A stretch of 64,000 bases of DNA from Mustelus asterias (lineage: Eukaryota), in contig NC_135808.1 in NCBI RefSeq assembly GCF_964213995.1, forward strand, positions 12,524,001 to 12,588,000. Direction: 5' to 3'. This document shows positions 62,180-64,000 of the stretch, in pieces; the stretch's first letter is position 1, and every line of letters starts with the position of its first letter. A program made the position numbers and the translations under genes. The notes beneath the pieces were generated by a model. It saw nothing but the letters and a program-made list of their open reading frames with translations, ran no database searches and had not been told where the DNA came from.

Positions 62180-62460
62180 GTCATAAGTTGGCTTGCATTA
62201 ACACTGCAATGAAGTTACTGTGAAAATCCCCCAGTCGCCACACATCTAACACCTGTTCGGGTACACTGAGGGAGAATTTAGCATGGCCAATACAACTAAC
62301 CAGCATGTCTTTCGGACTGTGGGAGGAATCTGGGGCACCCGGAGGAAACCCACGCAGACACTGGGAGAACGTGCAGACTCTGCTCAGACAGTGACCCAAG
62401 CTGCGAATTAAACCTGGGTCTCTGGCACTGTGAGGCAGCAGTGCTAACCACTGTGCTACC
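62180..62460 (-). mobile_element. V-SINE, tail B
   Basis: Reverse head, core and tail B. Confidence 0.85.
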
Positions 62461-63223
62461 CAATTGATAGCATAGACTGAGGGAAGCCATTTCCCCCTGG
62501 CAGTAGATTCCACAACAAAGAGGTAATCATTTAAATTGGAACTCAGTCGCTCGGGGGAGATTGGAGAAAACATTTCCTCAACAAAGCTTTGCCTAAATCT
62601 GGAACAGTCTAATCCTAAAATAATCTATTAAAGCTCCAGGGTCAATTGAAATTGATTTTTTTTACGTTAGAAAAGATATAGATCGATCATAATCTAACTG
62701 AATAGTGGATGCACATTCATGGGAGTGGCCTACTTTTTTATCTAGAATTCCTACAGTGCAGAAAGAGGCCATTCAACCCATCAAATCTGCAGCGCCACTC
62801 CCAAGGAGCATCTTACTCAAACCCTCCCCACCACCTACCATGTACATGGCCAATCCACCTAACCTACACAGCTTTGGACACTGAGGGGAAATTTAGCAAA
62901 TTATCAAATTGAGGTATACAAGATGATAGAAGGTATGGATAAAGTAGACGTGGAGCAAATGCTTCCTCTTGTGGGGCATTCTAGGACGAGAGGTCTTAGT
63001 CTTAGGATAAGGGGTAGCAATTTTAAAACAGTTGAGAAACGACTTCTCCCAAAGGGTTGCGAATCTATGGAATTCGCTACCCTAAAGTGCGCTGGATGCT
63101 GGGACAGTGAGGAGGAGTTAGACAGATTTTTAATTGGTAATGGGTTGAAGGGTTATGGGGAAAAGGCAGGAAAGTGGAGATGAGGAGCATATCAGCAATG
63201 AACGAATGGCAAAGCGGACTTGA

Positions 63224-64000
63224 TGGGCCAGATTTTACTATTGCGTTGTGCCCGTTTTCCGGCATGAAAACGTGGTAAAGTCAGGCATGAGGCCATTAAC
63301 GCTGAATTAATGAACTGCCTGCCCAACTTTATCAGCATTTCCCCCTTTACCATCGCGTTTGCGCGTCCAGATTCGGCGTGAAACAGACCTGCTCGGCAAA
63401 GGTCTGTTTCAGGCGCTCCAGCTTCTGAAGAAGTAAGTTCAGAGCTTCCAACGGCTTTCTAACTTAGATCGGTGGTGGTGGAGGGGGGAGGGAGGCGGGC
63501 CAGATCATTCTCTGACAAGGGGAGGTAGGGTAGGGAGGCGGGTCAGATGTATCTCTGGTGAAGGGAGGGAGGCCCGATCATTCTTGGGGGGGGGGGGGTG
63601 GCCAGATGGATCTCTGGGGGTGGGGGGGGCTTAGGGGGACCACTGCCACTCTGCGGGCAATTGGTGGGGGGGGAAGGGGGCAGGGGGTCCTGATCAGTCT
63701 GGGTAGCGGGGGAGGGGGGTGGATAAGGGGGACAGTTATGTTGTGGGGGTGGGGCGATGTCTGTGGGGGCCATCGCTCCCGGGCCGCTTTATCCGCTTTT
63801 TATGGCCCGGGAGTGATGTGACAATGTTTTTCAATTTATTTTCACTGTGCATGCGCTAAGCCCCGCCCACAATGCGATTCAGACTCACAATTTATTTCTC
63901 AGGCTGAGTGCGTATGGGGGGGGCGCCTGAAAGCAGATTCCCAAGTCAGACCTGAATTGCACCCAGATTCAGCACTTCGAATGAAAATGGTAAAATCAGG
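63224..64000. mobile_element. Harbinger-like MITE related to 40507-42013
   Basis: gggccagattttac ... ggtaaaatcagg (right TIR cut by the window edge); shares gcatgcgc..aagccccgccca near the right end. Confidence 0.7.

Overview
Vertebrate genomic DNA, very probably from a shark (inferred from HE1-type V-SINEs and the CR1/Rex1/Penelope repeat landscape), mostly interspersed and tandem repeats, with one 517-nt assembly gap. Manual splicing on the minus strand recovers two immunoglobulin-superfamily membrane-protein genes that the ORF track mostly misses. Gene A has 9 coding exons (61650 down to 32332; leader exon not found, probably beyond the right edge). It encodes a CD2/SLAM/CEACAM-type IgV domain, an IgC2 domain, FIVE transmembrane helices each on its own phase-1 exon, and a short tail. 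This is a CD47-like 5-TM module under a two-Ig ectodomain. Its stop codon lies in the first unit of a 3.4-kb 37-bp minisatellite that fills the predicted 3'UTR. Gene B (exons 8687-8627, 3721-3356, 1174-1073, continuing past the left edge) encodes a signal peptide, one IgV lacking the canonical cysteines and a short TM segment beginning with Arg, like activating immunoreceptors. Also present: Penelope-like elements with hammerhead-ribozyme motifs, solo LTRs, Harbinger-like MITEs (one with nested palindromes), a tRNA-Val/tRNA-Leu pseudogene doublet and a 1.3-kb local duplication. All exon models come from reading the sequence by eye and need transcript confirmation; repeat boundaries are approximate.
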